Notes under the pieces: generated by a model
What the model was told of the DNA's origin: nothing
Databases searched by the model: none
What the model saw: only the letters and a program-made list of their open reading frames with translations
Source of the DNA: Ferrimonas sediminicola
GTDB lineage: Bacteria > Pseudomonadota > Gammaproteobacteria > Enterobacterales > Shewanellaceae
Assembly (NCBI RefSeq): GCF_005116715.1
Contig: NZ_SWCI01000002.1
Coordinates: forward strand, 169,120-201,119
DNA: 32,000 bases
Reading direction: 5' to 3'
Made by a program: the position numbers and the translations under genes
Part shown: piece after piece, positions 14,626 to 23,903 of the stretch
How positions within the stretch are numbered: the stretch's first letter is position 1
Layout: each line of letters opens with the position of its first letter

Positions 14626-15297
14626 GTGCGCAACGCACTAGGCAAGGGCAGGTTGAAAGAGATCTATGGGCATATCGCCAAGCGGTATGATTGCCAGCAC
14701 GCCCTTGTTACCCTCCGTTCCGATCAGAAGGGCAGGGAAGTGCTGGTCGATAACTCTGTCAAAGAGGGAGACCAGGTACTGGATTGCGGCGCGGGCACCG
14801 GAACTACCGCACTCTTGGCAGCCAAGAGGGTCGGAGCCAGTGGCAAGGTCACCCTGTTTGATCTCAGTGAAGCGATGCTCGTCGTTGCACGCGAAAAGGC
14901 CGCCCGAGACAATCTGCAAGAAAGGATGTCATTTCAAACCGGCGACATGGTTGATCTGCCGTTCGACGACAACAGTTTCGACGTCGTGTTTTCAACCTAC
15001 AGCCTGTGCCCACTGTATGATCCCGTAGGAGGCGCCCTAGAGCTCTACCGGGTGACCAAACCAGGAGGCAAGATTGCCGTTGCCCATTCGGTGGAGCCGG
15101 AACACCCTGTCGTGAGGTGGTTGGCCGAGCGCATCGACGCTGTTGCCTGGCGTTTGCCCTGGCTATCGATGGGTTGTCGATCTGTCGATGTCCTTCCTGA
15201 TCTGGAGGACGCCGGAGGGAGAGTGCTTCTACTGAAACGCATCGGCGTTCCGCTGTGGCCATTTTTGCTGTTCGTCCTCGAGAAGCCTGCAACATAG
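14626..15297 (+). CDS. Class I SAM-dependent methyltransferase (UbiE/COQ5-like, Methyltransf_11 type)
   Basis: A GTG start has a GGGAGA RBS 7 nt upstream. Motif I is VLDCGAGTG, and the post-I and motif II features DLSEAML and FDVVFS are present. Confidence 0.75.
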   Translation: MRNALGKGRLKEIYGHIAKRYDCQHALVTLRSDQKGREVLVDNSVKEGDQVLDCGAGTGTTALLAAKRVGASGKVTLFDLSEAMLVVAREKAARDNLQERMSFQTGDMVDLPFDDNSFDVVFSTYSLCPLYDPVGGALELYRVTKPGGKIAVAHSVEPEHPVVRWLAERIDAVAWRLPWLSMGCRSVDVLPDLEDAGGRVLLLKRIGVPLWPFLLFVLEKPAT

Positions 15298-15402
15298 CCA
15301 TGCACCTTTATGGAACACTTTCCCGAAACCCTTACGCAGAGCGCATGCCACTGGCCGAGTTTTGCTCCGGTTGACCGATGGTTTTCGGAATGGTCTTTTC
15401 CT

Positions 15403-15696
15403 ATGGTTGAACGAATTACGATGTTTTTTCGTATGATTGCCATCTCCTCGTGTATCGCGTTGTTCCCATTGCTTCTCGGCTACTTGGCCGGCGGTATTGC
15501 AGATATTTTGGACTGCCCGATTGCTGATGGGGTTATCGATCAGTGCCTGGTTGGCCCGTTAGACCTGAGTACGGTCCTCAATGTCATGCTATTAAGTCTT
15601 TGGTTATTGATTTTGACCTTTCCACTCGGTGCGTTTGGGGTGGCATTCAGTCTGGGTTACGTGGTTTTCGATTTTTTACGCCGAGAAAAAGCCTAG
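15403..15696 (+). CDS. Small hypothetical membrane protein (start uncertain)
   Basis: Two or three hydrophobic segments (MIAISSCIALFPLLLGYLAGG; LLSLWLLILTFPLGAFGVAFSLGYVVF). There is no clear RBS, and the track ORF starts at 15310. Confidence 0.35.
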   Translation: MVERITMFFRMIAISSCIALFPLLLGYLAGGIADILDCPIADGVIDQCLVGPLDLSTVLNVMLLSLWLLILTFPLGAFGVAFSLGYVVFDFLRREKA

Positions 15697-15769
15697 TCGG
15701 GCGCTGTCAGCGGTTCTCAACCCGCCCGGCTGTGGTCCAGTGTCGCCGGTTATAGTCAAGGAGAGATTG

Positions 15770-16063
15770 ATGTACGCGGTGATTTTCAAAGCCAAAGCCG
15801 GTGTCCAGGATTCCCAGTACTCGCAGATGGTTGAGCTGATGCGGGAGTTGGCGTTCAGCCAATATCAGTGTCAGGACTTCATCGCGGTGACAGAAGGGGA
15901 CCAGGAGATCGCAATATCGTATTGGGACAGCGAAGAGGATATCCGCCGCTGGCACGCAGATAGCCAGCATGCGCTAGCTCAACGGTTTGGCCGTAAGAAG
16001 TGGTACCGGTCCTACGTCGTCGAGGTGGTGAAGATCGAAAGACGCTATGCATTTGGTGGATAG
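15770..16063 (+). CDS. Antibiotic-biosynthesis-monooxygenase (ABM) domain protein
   Basis: AAGGAGAG RBS. The 97-aa protein MYAVIFKAK...FIAVTEGDQEIAISYWDSEEDIRRWHADSQHALAQ follows the typical ABM ferredoxin-like pattern. Confidence 0.7.
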   Translation: MYAVIFKAKAGVQDSQYSQMVELMRELAFSQYQCQDFIAVTEGDQEIAISYWDSEEDIRRWHADSQHALAQRFGRKKWYRSYVVEVVKIERRYAFGG

Positions 16064-16172
16064 CGGCCCAGCTTGACTGCGCCTATCATAGAGCGCCAAA
16101 GAGTGGGGGAAACGACAGGAGCCGCTGTGGCGGTCGACCCCAGCGCTTCATTGGCCAACAGCCCATACCAAA

Positions 16173-16205
16173 ACAGGAGCCCCGGAGGCTCCTGTTCTGT
16201 ATTCG
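16173..16205. terminator. Intrinsic terminator hairpin (repeat copy A)
   Basis: ACAGGAGCC-CCGGA-GGCTCCTGT followed by TCTGTATT, with an A-run upstream, so it may act in both directions. Confidence 0.6.
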
Positions 16206-16448
16206 GCTGAGTTACTCGGCGAAGCCGTCGGCATCGGCATCGGCAGCGCCGGGATCGTTACTTCGGCCAATTACACAACCAACCCTCTTCGGCCGGGCCT
16301 CCTTGAGCGTCGATTTCACTGTTATGAGCCATATAGATCATTGATTTAAAACGAGACAATTGCTAGCATGCCGTCGATTCTCAGCCGTCCTTGCGACCCC
16401 TCGGTTACACTCAGTCAGGCGGGACTTTGACTAATCCACCGGAGCAAT

Positions 16449-16919
16449 ATGTGTAGTGATATCACCGTCAGAGACGGAAGAGTGGCCGACGCCAAGTTAG
16501 TTCAGGCGATTGCCTCGCCAATCATGGAAAGTTATGGACTTGTACCAGATTTCGATTGCTTAGATTATGAGCTGGGCCATTTCGGGGAGTGTTACCATGG
16601 CTCCATTGCCCAACTTGTGGCCTGCTCAGACGGTGTTGTAGTTGGCTCGGTTATCCTCAAGGCTCACCAGGGAGAGGTGGCCAAACTTACCGGGTTCTAT
16701 ATAGCGGCGTGCCATCAAGGGAAGGGGGTAGGGAAGAGGTTGTTGGGTGCCGCTATCCAGAGGGCAAAGTCATCTGGACATCGCGCAATCTACCTGGAGA
16801 CATGGGACAAGATGGCCGCCGCCACCGCCTTGTACAAGAGATTTGGCTGGAAGAAGATCACCGACCTTCCGCCAGAAAGTGGTGCGCAGCGGGGATACTG
16901 TCTCGATTTAGGCTGTTGA
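16449..16919 (+). CDS. GNAT-family N-acetyltransferase
   Basis: 156 aa with the acetyl-CoA binding motif A region HQGKGVGKRLLGAAIQRAK and the downstream YLETWDKMAAATALYKRFGW. Confidence 0.8.
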   Translation: MCSDITVRDGRVADAKLVQAIASPIMESYGLVPDFDCLDYELGHFGECYHGSIAQLVACSDGVVVGSVILKAHQGEVAKLTGFYIAACHQGKGVGKRLLGAAIQRAKSSGHRAIYLETWDKMAAATALYKRFGWKKITDLPPESGAQRGYCLDLGC

Positions 16920-17060
16920 GCTCGCTCTGAGCATGGGGGGACAGCGTGGTCCCAGCGCCTGGCCACCAAGTTCGCCGCCTCCTTAGGTCGGATCTCCACC
17001 GGTTCGAACAACCCTATCGTGGCGGTGACAGTCGCTATGGAGCCAGAGCCATCAAGCAAA

Positions 17061-17090
17061 ACAGGAGCCCCGGTGGCTCCTGTTTTGTTT
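17061..17090. terminator. Bidirectional intrinsic terminator hairpin (repeat copy B)
   Basis: ACAGGAGCC-CCGGT-GGCTCCTGT flanked by AAAA upstream and TTTTGTTTT downstream. It lies between the convergent GNAT gene and the 17139-17642 gene. Confidence 0.7.
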
Positions 17091-17138
17091 TCGGCCCAGT
17101 GGCCTTCCGCAACGCCGCCATCGGCGCCGCCGTCGTCG

Positions 17139-17642
17139 TTACTTCAGCAGCAGCGGCCGCTGCTCGACCAGTTGCAGGAACTGCTCCATGTCGATCTTGT
17201 ACAGCTCGGACAGCTGACCGATGAAGGCCTGGTGATCCCAGTCGCTGCTGCGCTGCTCGGCCACCGCCGCCATCAGGGTGGCGGTATTGTCCTGGTGCAG
17301 CTCAACCGGGCGCTCGCCCAGCAGGGCGCCGGTTTCCGCATCGAACACCTGCAGCATCAGCGGCAGGCGGCCGTCGGTCAGCTCGGGCTGCACGAACTTG
17401 TCGCCCAGGCCCTTGGCCTCGAAGGGGCAGTCCATCACCAGGCCGTTACCGAAGTCGAAGGAGAGCAGCAGGGCAGGGGCGCGGTAGATGACACCGGCCT
17501 GCACCTGGTGACTGCCCTGGCCCAGCACCTGCTCCACCTCGGGGTGGCTGGGGGCGGGGATGGCGATCAGGATGCGGTTGCTGTCGCCGGCAAACAGGTC
17601 GACGGAGGCGCCTTCCGGCGGAAGCTTGGTTGATTCGGTCAT
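17139..17642 (-). CDS. Conserved hypothetical protein (167 aa)
   Basis: The ATG at 17640-17642 (MTESTKLPPEG...) is preferred over the longer track start. Codon usage is host-like. I recognised no motif. Confidence 0.5.
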   Translation of the reverse strand: MTESTKLPPEGASVDLFAGDSNRILIAIPAPSHPEVEQVLGQGSHQVQAGVIYRAPALLLSFDFGNGLVMDCPFEAKGLGDKFVQPELTDGRLPLMLQVFDAETGALLGERPVELHQDNTATLMAAVAEQRSSDWDHQAFIGQLSELYKIDMEQFLQLVEQRPLLLK

Positions 17643-17832
17643 GGGTACTCTCTTTAGCGTGATAGCCGTGTGCGCCAAGTGTACCAGAGCCATGGGCACA
17701 TGCCAGGGGTTGCATCCATCTGCGCTTAAGAAGGTGGCCAAAAATCAATCTGTTCCAAATGGCAGGTGCGCATTGTCCGCAGGGGTGGCGGATTTTGGAC
17801 TAGGATAGAGATCCAACAGAGGAGGCCGGATC

Positions 17833-18198
17833 ATGGTGCGCAAGGCATTCAAACTGGGCGGGGTTTTGCTGGTGGTGGCCGGGCTGTCGGGCTGCAGCGA
17901 GGACAATCAGCAGCGGGTCGAGGACGCCCTGGTTCAGGCGGGCCAGGCGGTGGAGATGCTCGGCAGCAGTGCCGCGGAGCTGGCCCAGGTGGCCTGGCTG
18001 GAGGGGCAGTCGCTGTGGCACTCCGGCGAAGCCCTGGCCCGTGACAAGCAGCAGGCGTTCAACCAGTGGCGCCGGCCGGTGTCACCCATCAGCCGCTACG
18101 GGGTGGTGGAGCCGGAGGTTACCGCCCGGGTCACTGCGGCGCCAGGTGAAGATCCGTCTCAGGCACGCAGCAACAGGGAAGAATCTCATCACCCCTGA
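17833..18198 (+). CDS. Small lipoprotein
   Basis: AGAGGAGG RBS. The signal peptide carries a lipobox: MVRKAFKLGGVLLVVAGLSGC. The 3' 68 nt overlap convergent yfaE. Confidence 0.6.
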   Translation: MVRKAFKLGGVLLVVAGLSGCSEDNQQRVEDALVQAGQAVEMLGSSAAELAQVAWLEGQSLWHSGEALARDKQQAFNQWRRPVSPISRYGVVEPEVTARVTAAPGEDPSQARSNREESHHP

Positions 18199-18388
18199 CC
18201 AGGGCCATGGGGGTGGAGAGATAGCGGACCCGGCCGTCGAGCAGCCGGGTCTTGCAGGCGCCGCAGTAACCGCTGCGGCACTCGCTGTAGTGTCCCTCAA
18301 GGGCGGTGAGCAGCGGGGTGGAGTCACCGCGGTGGCTGACCGGCGCCCGCTGGCCAACCCGCACCTTGAAGGTGTTGCCGTTAGCCAA
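18131..18388 (-). CDS. yfaE: 2Fe-2S ferredoxin YfaE (class Ia RNR diferric-tyrosyl radical maintenance)
   Basis: 85 aa with the Cys pattern C-x4-C-x2-C...CC (SECRSGYCGACKT...PCCC). It lies immediately downstream of nrdB (2-nt gap), as in E. coli. Confidence 0.85.
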   Translation of the reverse strand: MANGNTFKVRVGQRAPVSHRGDSTPLLTALEGHYSECRSGYCGACKTRLLDGRVRYLSTPMALVRGDEILPCCCVPETDLHLAPQ

Positions 18389-18390
18389 AC

Positions 18391-19533
18391 TTACAGCTCA
18401 AACCCGGACAGATCGTCCTGGTCCACCTCGTTCTTGATCTGGTTGGTCAGGTAGGAGGAGACCTCCACCTCCTGGGGCGCCACCTGCACGGTGTCGCTCT
18501 CCAGCCACTTGCTCATCCACGGCAGCGGGTTGGAGCGCTTGGGGAACAGCTCGGGCAGTCCCAGGGCGCTCATCCGCTGGTTGGTGATGAACTCCACGTA
18601 GTCCTCGATGATCTTCTTGTTCAGGCCCAGCATCGAGCCATCCTTGAACAGGTAGGCGGCCCACTCCTTCTCCTGCTCGGCGGCGCGGCGGAAGATCTCC
18701 ACCGACTCCTGGAAGCACTCCACGGCGATCTCCGCCATCTCGTTGTCATCCTGGTTGGTGGCCATCAGGTTGAGCATGTGCTGGGTGCCCACCAGGTGCA
18801 GCTGCTCGTCCCGGGCGATAAAACGGATGATCTTGGCGTTGCCCTCCATCACCTCACGCTCGGCGAAGGCGAAGGAGCAGGCGAAGGAGACGTAGAAGCG
18901 GATCGCCTCCAGCACGTTGATGGAGACCAGGCACAGGTACAGTTTGCGCTTGAGCTCGCGGCGGCTGATGGTGAAGGCTTCCTCGCCCACCTGGTGCTCG
19001 CCCTCGCCAAACTGCTGGTAGCGCTGGGTGTAATCGATCAGCTCGTCGTAGTAGCCGGAGATGTCACCGGCGCGCTTCTGGATCTCGCTGTTGACCACGA
19101 TGTCATCGAACACCACCGACGGGTTGTTGACGATGTTGCGGATGATGTGGGTGTAGGAGCGGGAGTGGATGGTCTCATAGAAGGACCAGGTTTCGATCCA
19201 GGTCTCCAGCTCCGGCAGTGACACCAGCGGCAGCAGCGCCACGTTGGGGCTGCGACCCTGGATGGAGTCCAGCAGGGTCTGGTACTTGAGATTCGACAGG
19301 AAGATGTGCTTCTCGTGCTCCGGCAGCTCGGCGAAGTCGATGCGGTCCTGGGTGACGTCCACCTCTTCGGGGCGCCAGAAGAAGGAGAGCTGCTTCTCGA
19401 TCAGCTCCTCGAAGATGGGGTGCTTCTGCTGGTCGTAACGGGCAACGTTCACCGGGTTGCCGAGGAACATCGGTTCCTTGAGGGCATCGTTGGCTTCCCG
19501 GGAAAAGGTGCTGTATCTGTGGCTCATGGTCAT
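18391..19533 (-). CDS. nrdB: Ribonucleotide reductase class Ia beta subunit
   Basis: 380 aa with the iron and radical-site region SYTHIIRNI and [28 protein letters not shown], and an acidic C-terminus. Confidence 0.95.
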   Translation of the reverse strand: MTMSHRYSTFSREANDALKEPMFLGNPVNVARYDQQKHPIFEELIEKQLSFFWRPEEVDVTQDRIDFAELPEHEKHIFLSNLKYQTLLDSIQGRSPNVALLPLVSLPELETWIETWSFYETIHSRSYTHIIRNIVNNPSVVFDDIVVNSEIQKRAGDISGYYDELIDYTQRYQQFGEGEHQVGEEAFTISRRELKRKLYLCLVSINVLEAIRFYVSFACSFAFAEREVMEGNAKIIRFIARDEQLHLVGTQHMLNLMATNQDDNEMAEIAVECFQESVEIFRRAAEQEKEWAAYLFKDGSMLGLNKKIIEDYVEFITNQRMSALGLPELFPKRSNPLPWMSKWLESDTVQVAPQEVEVSSYLTNQIKNEVDQDDLSGFEL

Positions 19534-19571
19534 ATCCTTGGCTGAGAGAGCGGCCCTGTCGGGCCGGTCGC

Positions 19572-21848
19572 TTAAATCTTACAGGCGCCGCCGGCGCAGT
19601 CATCGGCGCTGTCGGTCTTGCTGCTGGTGTCCGACTGGCCGTCCCGGGTGTTCTGATAGTAGAGGGTCTTCAAACCGTACTTGTAGGCCAGCATCAGGTC
19701 CTTGAGCAGCACGCTCATCGGCATCTTCCTGTCGTTGAAGCGGCTGGGATCGTAGTTGGTGTTGGCGGAGATCGCCTGGTCCACAAACTTCTGCATGATC
19801 CCCACCAGCTGCAGGTAGCCGTTGTTGTCGGGAATGTCCCACAGCAGCTCATACTGGTTCTTCAGGGTTTCGATGCCGGGCACCACCTGCTTCATGATGC
19901 CGTCCTTGGAGCCCTTGACGCTGACCAGGCCGCGGGGGGGCTCGATGCCGTTGGTGGCGTTGGAGATCTGCGAGCTGGTCTCCGACGGCATCAGCGCCGA
20001 CAGGGTGGAGTTGCGCAGGCCGAACTCCTGGATGTCGGCGCGCAGGCTTTCCCAGTCCAGGTGCAGGGGCTCGTCGCAGAACTCGTCCACCGCCCTCTTG
20101 TAGGTGTCGATGGGCAACAGCCCCTGGGCGTAGGTGGTTTCACCGAAACCCGGGCAGGCGCCCCGCTCCTTGGCCAGGGTGCTGGACGCCTTGAGCAGGT
20201 AGTACTGGATCGCCTCGAACGCCTTGTGGGTCAGGCCGTTGCCGCTGCCGTCGGAGTAGCGGGCGCCGTTCTTGGCCAGGTAGTAGGCGAAGTTGATCAC
20301 CCCGATCCCCAGGGTGCGTCGCTTCATCGAGCCCAGCTCGGCGGCGGGCACCGGGTAGTCCTGGTAGTCCAGCAGGCTGTCCAGGGCGCGCACCGCCAGT
20401 TCCGCCAGCTCCTCCAGTTCACCCAGGTCGTCAATGGCGCCCAGGTTGAACGCGGACAGGGTGCACAGGGCGATCTCGCCATCGGGATCGTCCAGCCGGG
20501 TCAGCGGCTTGGTGGGCAGGGCGATCTCCAGGCACAGGTTGGACTGCTTCACCGGCGCCACCTTGGGATCGAACGGGCTGTGGGTGTTGCAGTGGTCCAC
20601 GTGCTGGATGTAGATGCGGCCGGTGGAGGCACGCTCCTGCATCAGCAGGCCGAACAGGCTGACCGCTTTCACCGTCTTGCGGCGAATGCTGCTGTCCGCC
20701 TCGTACTGGGTATAGAGCCGCTCGAACTCCTCCTGATCGGCGAAGAAGGCGTCATACAGGCCGGGCACGTCCGAGGGGGAGAACAGGCTGATGTTGCCGC
20801 CGTCGATCAGCCGCTGGTACAGGGTGCGGTTGATCTGCACGCCGTAGTCCAGGTGGCGGATGCGGTTGGCGTCGGTGCCGCGGTTGTTCTTCAGCACCAG
20901 CAGCTCCTCCGCTTCCAGGTGCCACAATGGGTAGAACAGGGTGGCGGCACCACCGCGGACCCCGCCCTGGGAGCAGGACTTCACCGCGGTCTGGAAGTGC
21001 TTGAAGAAGGGCAGGCAGCCGGTGTGGAACGCCTCGCCGCCGCGGATCGGGCTGCCCAGGGCGCGGATACCGCCGCCATTGATGCCGATGCCGGCGCGCT
21101 GGCTGACGTAGTTGACGATGGCCGCGGAGGTGGCGTTGATGGAGTCCAGGCTGTCGCCGCACTCGATCAGCACACAGGAGCTGAACTGGCGGGTCGGGGT
21201 GCGCACGCCGGACATGATCGGCGTGGGCAGGGAGATCTTGAACTTGGAGGTGGCGTCGTAGAAGCGCTTGACGTAGTCCAGCCGCTCCGCCTTGGGGTAG
21301 TCGGCAAACAGGCAGGCCGACACCAGCATGTAGAGGAACTGGGCGCTCTCATACACCTCACCGGTGACCCGGTTCTGCACCAGGTACTTGCCCTCCAGCT
21401 GCTTCACCGCAGCGTAGGAGAAATCCATGTCGCGCCAGTGATCGATGTGATCGTTCAGCTGGTTGAGCTCGTCGCGGCTGTAGTCGCTGAGGATATGGGG
21501 ATCGTAACGGCCCGCCTCGACCATCTTGGTGACGTGGTCGTACAGGTGGGGCGGTTCGAACTGACCGTAGGCCTTCTTACGCAGGTGGAACACCGCCAGC
21601 CGGGCCGCCAGGTACTGGTAGTCCGGGGTCTCCTCGCTGATCAGGTCGGCGGCAGCCTTGATGATGGTCTCATGGATCGCTTCGGTGGTCATGCCATCGA
21701 AGAAATGGATGTGACTGGCCAGCTCTACCTGGGACACTGACACATTGTTCAGGTCCTGAGCCGCCCAGTAGATCACCCGATGGATCTTATCCAGATCCAG
21801 GGGTTCCTGTTTACCACTTCGCTTGGTGACGAGGAGAGATTTATTCAT
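19572..21848 (-). CDS. nrdA: Ribonucleotide reductase class Ia alpha subunit
   Basis: 758 aa with an N-terminal ATP-cone ([19 protein letters not shown]), active-site regions (SSCVLIE, NLCLEI) and a C-terminal CxxxC tail ([10 protein letters not shown]). Confidence 0.95.
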   Translation of the reverse strand: MNKSLLVTKRSGKQEPLDLDKIHRVIYWAAQDLNNVSVSQVELASHIHFFDGMTTEAIHETIIKAAADLISEETPDYQYLAARLAVFHLRKKAYGQFEPPHLYDHVTKMVEAGRYDPHILSDYSRDELNQLNDHIDHWRDMDFSYAAVKQLEGKYLVQNRVTGEVYESAQFLYMLVSACLFADYPKAERLDYVKRFYDATSKFKISLPTPIMSGVRTPTRQFSSCVLIECGDSLDSINATSAAIVNYVSQRAGIGINGGGIRALGSPIRGGEAFHTGCLPFFKHFQTAVKSCSQGGVRGGAATLFYPLWHLEAEELLVLKNNRGTDANRIRHLDYGVQINRTLYQRLIDGGNISLFSPSDVPGLYDAFFADQEEFERLYTQYEADSSIRRKTVKAVSLFGLLMQERASTGRIYIQHVDHCNTHSPFDPKVAPVKQSNLCLEIALPTKPLTRLDDPDGEIALCTLSAFNLGAIDDLGELEELAELAVRALDSLLDYQDYPVPAAELGSMKRRTLGIGVINFAYYLAKNGARYSDGSGNGLTHKAFEAIQYYLLKASSTLAKERGACPGFGETTYAQGLLPIDTYKRAVDEFCDEPLHLDWESLRADIQEFGLRNSTLSALMPSETSSQISNATNGIEPPRGLVSVKGSKDGIMKQVVPGIETLKNQYELLWDIPDNNGYLQLVGIMQKFVDQAISANTNYDPSRFNDRKMPMSVLLKDLMLAYKYGLKTLYYQNTRDGQSDTSSKTDSADDCAGGACKI

Positions 21849-21952
21849 GTCCGACTTTCGGGCGGGGAGTCACCAGCTGCCGCAAAGGTGACGCCGCGCC
21901 CTTATCCTTATTTTGAGTACCTGAGAACTGCCGATCGCCGCCTGAACGGCAA

Positions 21953-22000
21953 TCATCCTTAATAGTGTGTGTTTCCCCTATTGGACACTATATGTAGTAG
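21953..22000 (-). promoter_or_regulatory. Tandem NrdR-box-like sites upstream of nrdA
   Basis: ACACTATATGTAGTAG (21985-22000) matches 13 of 16 positions of the remembered consensus acaCwAtATaTwGtgt. A weaker box, TCATCCTTAATAGTGT (21953-21968), matches 10 of 16. Centre-to-centre spacing is 32 bp, and the pair lies 105-150 nt upstream of the nrdA ATG. Confidence 0.4.
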
Positions 22001-22069
22001 CGCCAATGGCATAATTTACAAGATAAGGCGGTTTCGGGATCTGTGCAATAGGTCCGGATGTGATCAATT

Positions 22070-22090
22070 TGTGGGTAAGGTTGTGAATAA
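22070..22090 (-). promoter_or_regulatory. Two adjacent DnaA-box-like 9-mers upstream of nrdA
   Basis: On the minus strand, TTATTCACA (22082-22090) fits TTWTNCACA, and TTACCCACA (22070-22078) matches 8 of 9 positions of TTATCCACA. They share orientation and are 3 bp apart. Confidence 0.4.
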
Positions 22091-22163
22091 TTGGGGAGGG
22101 GAAAATATGGGCTTCTGCCAAGCCTTACCACCATTGGCCTGGCGGAAATGCAAGTGTTTTTTT

Positions 22164-22199
22164 CAAAAAAAGTGAGGGACAAAAAAAATTTTTTGCCCC
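22164..22199 (-). terminator. Putative intrinsic terminator of the phosphatase gene within an A/T-tract region
   Basis: Minus-strand GGGGCAAAAAATTTTTTTTGTCCC forms a GC-clamped hairpin, followed by TCACTTTTTTT. It begins 12 nt after the stop codon. Confidence 0.45.
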
Positions 22200-22210
22200 G
22201 GTCCGTATGA

Positions 22211-22888
22211 CTAATTTTGAGTCAGATCGCGGATCAGATCGAACAGATCGCTGGGGCGATCGCAGCGGTGGTGAGCGGGCCAGGTGTGGGCCTGATCCTC
22301 GTCGCTGATGTAGCCCCACAGGGCGGCGACGCTGATCATGCCGGCGCGGTTGGCCGCCACCATATCACGCTCGGCATCCCCCACGTAGAGGATGCTGTCC
22401 GGGGCCAACGCCAGGGTGTCGGCACCCAGATGCAGCGGCGCCGGATCCGGCTTGGCCACCGCCAGGGTGTCGCCGCCCACCAGCACGCCGCTGCCGGCCA
22501 ACGCCGGCTGCAATGCCAGCAGCTGCCGGGCCAGTCCCTCCGGCTTGTTGGTGATGATCCCCCAGGGCAGCCGGTTGGCGTCCAGGTAGTCGAGCATGGT
22601 GGGGATACCGTCGTAGGGGCGGGTATGATGGCTGATGCGCTCGGCGTAGGCCGCCAGCAGGGTGTCGCGCATCGGCCCGATGTCGGTGCGGTGGAAGCTC
22701 TCCCCCAGCCCCGCCTTGAGCAGCCCCCTGGAGCCGTGGCTGGAGTAGAGGTAGGCCTGTTCGTCGCTGATGCCGGGGTAGCCGAATCGGGCCAGGGCCA
22801 CGTTGGCGGCATGGCCCAGGTCCAGCGCGGTGTCCAGCAGGGTGCCGTCCAGATCGAACAGCACCCCCTTGATGGCGCCGTTACTCAT
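22211..22888 (-). CDS. HAD-superfamily phosphatase (phosphoglycolate phosphatase / MupP-like)
   Basis: DLDGTLLDT motif I, ITNKP motif II and YVGDAERD motif IV. It lies downstream of and overlaps ubiG by 8 nt, the arrangement I recall for ubiG-mupP in pseudomonads. Confidence 0.8.
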   Translation of the reverse strand: MSNGAIKGVLFDLDGTLLDTALDLGHAANVALARFGYPGISDEQAYLYSSHGSRGLLKAGLGESFHRTDIGPMRDTLLAAYAERISHHTRPYDGIPTMLDYLDANRLPWGIITNKPEGLARQLLALQPALAGSGVLVGGDTLAVAKPDPAPLHLGADTLALAPDSILYVGDAERDMVAANRAGMISVAALWGYISDEDQAHTWPAHHRCDRPSDLFDLIRDLTQN

Positions 22889-23591
22889 GGGGCTTGACCG
22901 CGTGGATCATGTAGTTGATCTCCATGCGGCTCGACAGGCGGAAGGTCTCGGTCAGCGGGTTGTACAGCACGCCGTCGGCATGTTGGACACGCAGGCCGGC
23001 GCGCTCACACCACTGGATCAGCTGGGAGGGGCGCAGGAACTTGCTGTAGTCGTGGGTGCCCTTGGGCAGCACCTTGACGATCTGCTCGGCCCCGACGATG
23101 GTGGTCAGGTAGGCCAGCGGCGTCTTGTTGATGGTGGACAAGTACAGGTGGCCACCGGGCTTGACCATCTCGGCGCAGGCGCGGACCACGGATTCGGGGT
23201 CCGGCACGTGCTCCAGCATCTCCATGCAGGTGACCACGTCGTAGTGGGCCCCCTTGTGGGCGGCGTGGGCCTCGGCGGTGCACAGCTGGTAGTCGATATC
23301 CAGCTCGCTCTCCAGGGCGTGCAGCCTGGCCACTTCGATGGGCTCCTCGCCCATGTCCAGGCCGGTGGCCTGGGCGCCGGCCCGGGCCATCGCTTCGGTC
23401 AGCAGACCACCGCCACAGCCCACATCCAGCACCCGCTTGCCAAACAGACCGTCGGCATGGCGCTCCACGTAGGCGGTGCGAAGGGGGTTGAGCTGATGCA
23501 GAGGCTTGGAGTGCCCCAGGGGATCCCACCAGGTGGCGGCCAGCTTCTCGAATTTGCCCACTTCGACGGGATCGACGTTTGACTGCTGCAT
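22881..23591 (-). CDS. ubiG: Bifunctional 3-demethylubiquinone 3-O-methyltransferase
   Basis: The start at [23 protein letters not shown] is colinear with E. coli Ubi[25 protein letters not shown] and KPGG are present. Confidence 0.92.
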   Translation of the reverse strand: MQQSNVDPVEVGKFEKLAATWWDPLGHSKPLHQLNPLRTAYVERHADGLFGKRVLDVGCGGGLLTEAMARAGAQATGLDMGEEPIEVARLHALESELDIDYQLCTAEAHAAHKGAHYDVVTCMEMLEHVPDPESVVRACAEMVKPGGHLYLSTINKTPLAYLTTIVGAEQIVKVLPKGTHDYSKFLRPSQLIQWCERAGLRVQHADGVLYNPLTETFRLSSRMEINYMIHAVKPHE

Positions 23592-23903
23592 GTTGTGTCC
23601 TTTCTCTTGATACGGCCGGCTCCCCAACCGGGGAAGCGTGATGGGGCCAGTATACGATGGGGCAGGGTGGGTAGAAAGCCGGTTACGGCAGGAAAACCGT
23701 GCAAACGGGTCTGAAAAGGTACATTTTAACCACGGTGCAGCGTGTTTTTTAGTCAGTTGTAAGCCGTTGTTTCCTTAGGCAAGAAACGCCGCTTTCCAAC
23801 AGCTATCTCTGTGCTACAATGCCGAATTACCGTTTTTACCGGCCTGGCCGGGACGGCGGAGGAATTGGGATTCTCCGTCGCATTTAGGGGACACTATCTG
23901 TCT

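Noticed and set aside
16000-16344. 114-aa ORF overlapping the ABM gene 3' end and the intergenic region
   Set aside because: It overlaps a better-supported gene out of frame and runs straight through a terminator hairpin. It has no RBS.
17001-17009. GGTTCGAAC, a tRNA T-loop-like motif
   Set aside because: The flanking bases cannot form a T-stem, and no acceptor, D or anticodon arms can be drawn. It is not a tRNA.
20061-21740. 559-aa ORF antisense to nrdA, and similar ORFs at 26647-27765, 27762-28868, 8884-9831, 7928-8959 and 245-1168
   Set aside because: All lie opposite well-supported genes (nrdA, serC, hisC, kinase, patatin, phasins). Their products are repetitive and Arg/Gly/Ala/Pro-rich with no RBS or motif support.
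21903-21911. TTATCCTTA as a third DnaA box in the nrdA leader
   Set aside because: It matches only 7 of 9 positions and lacks the CACA core, so it is indistinguishable from background.
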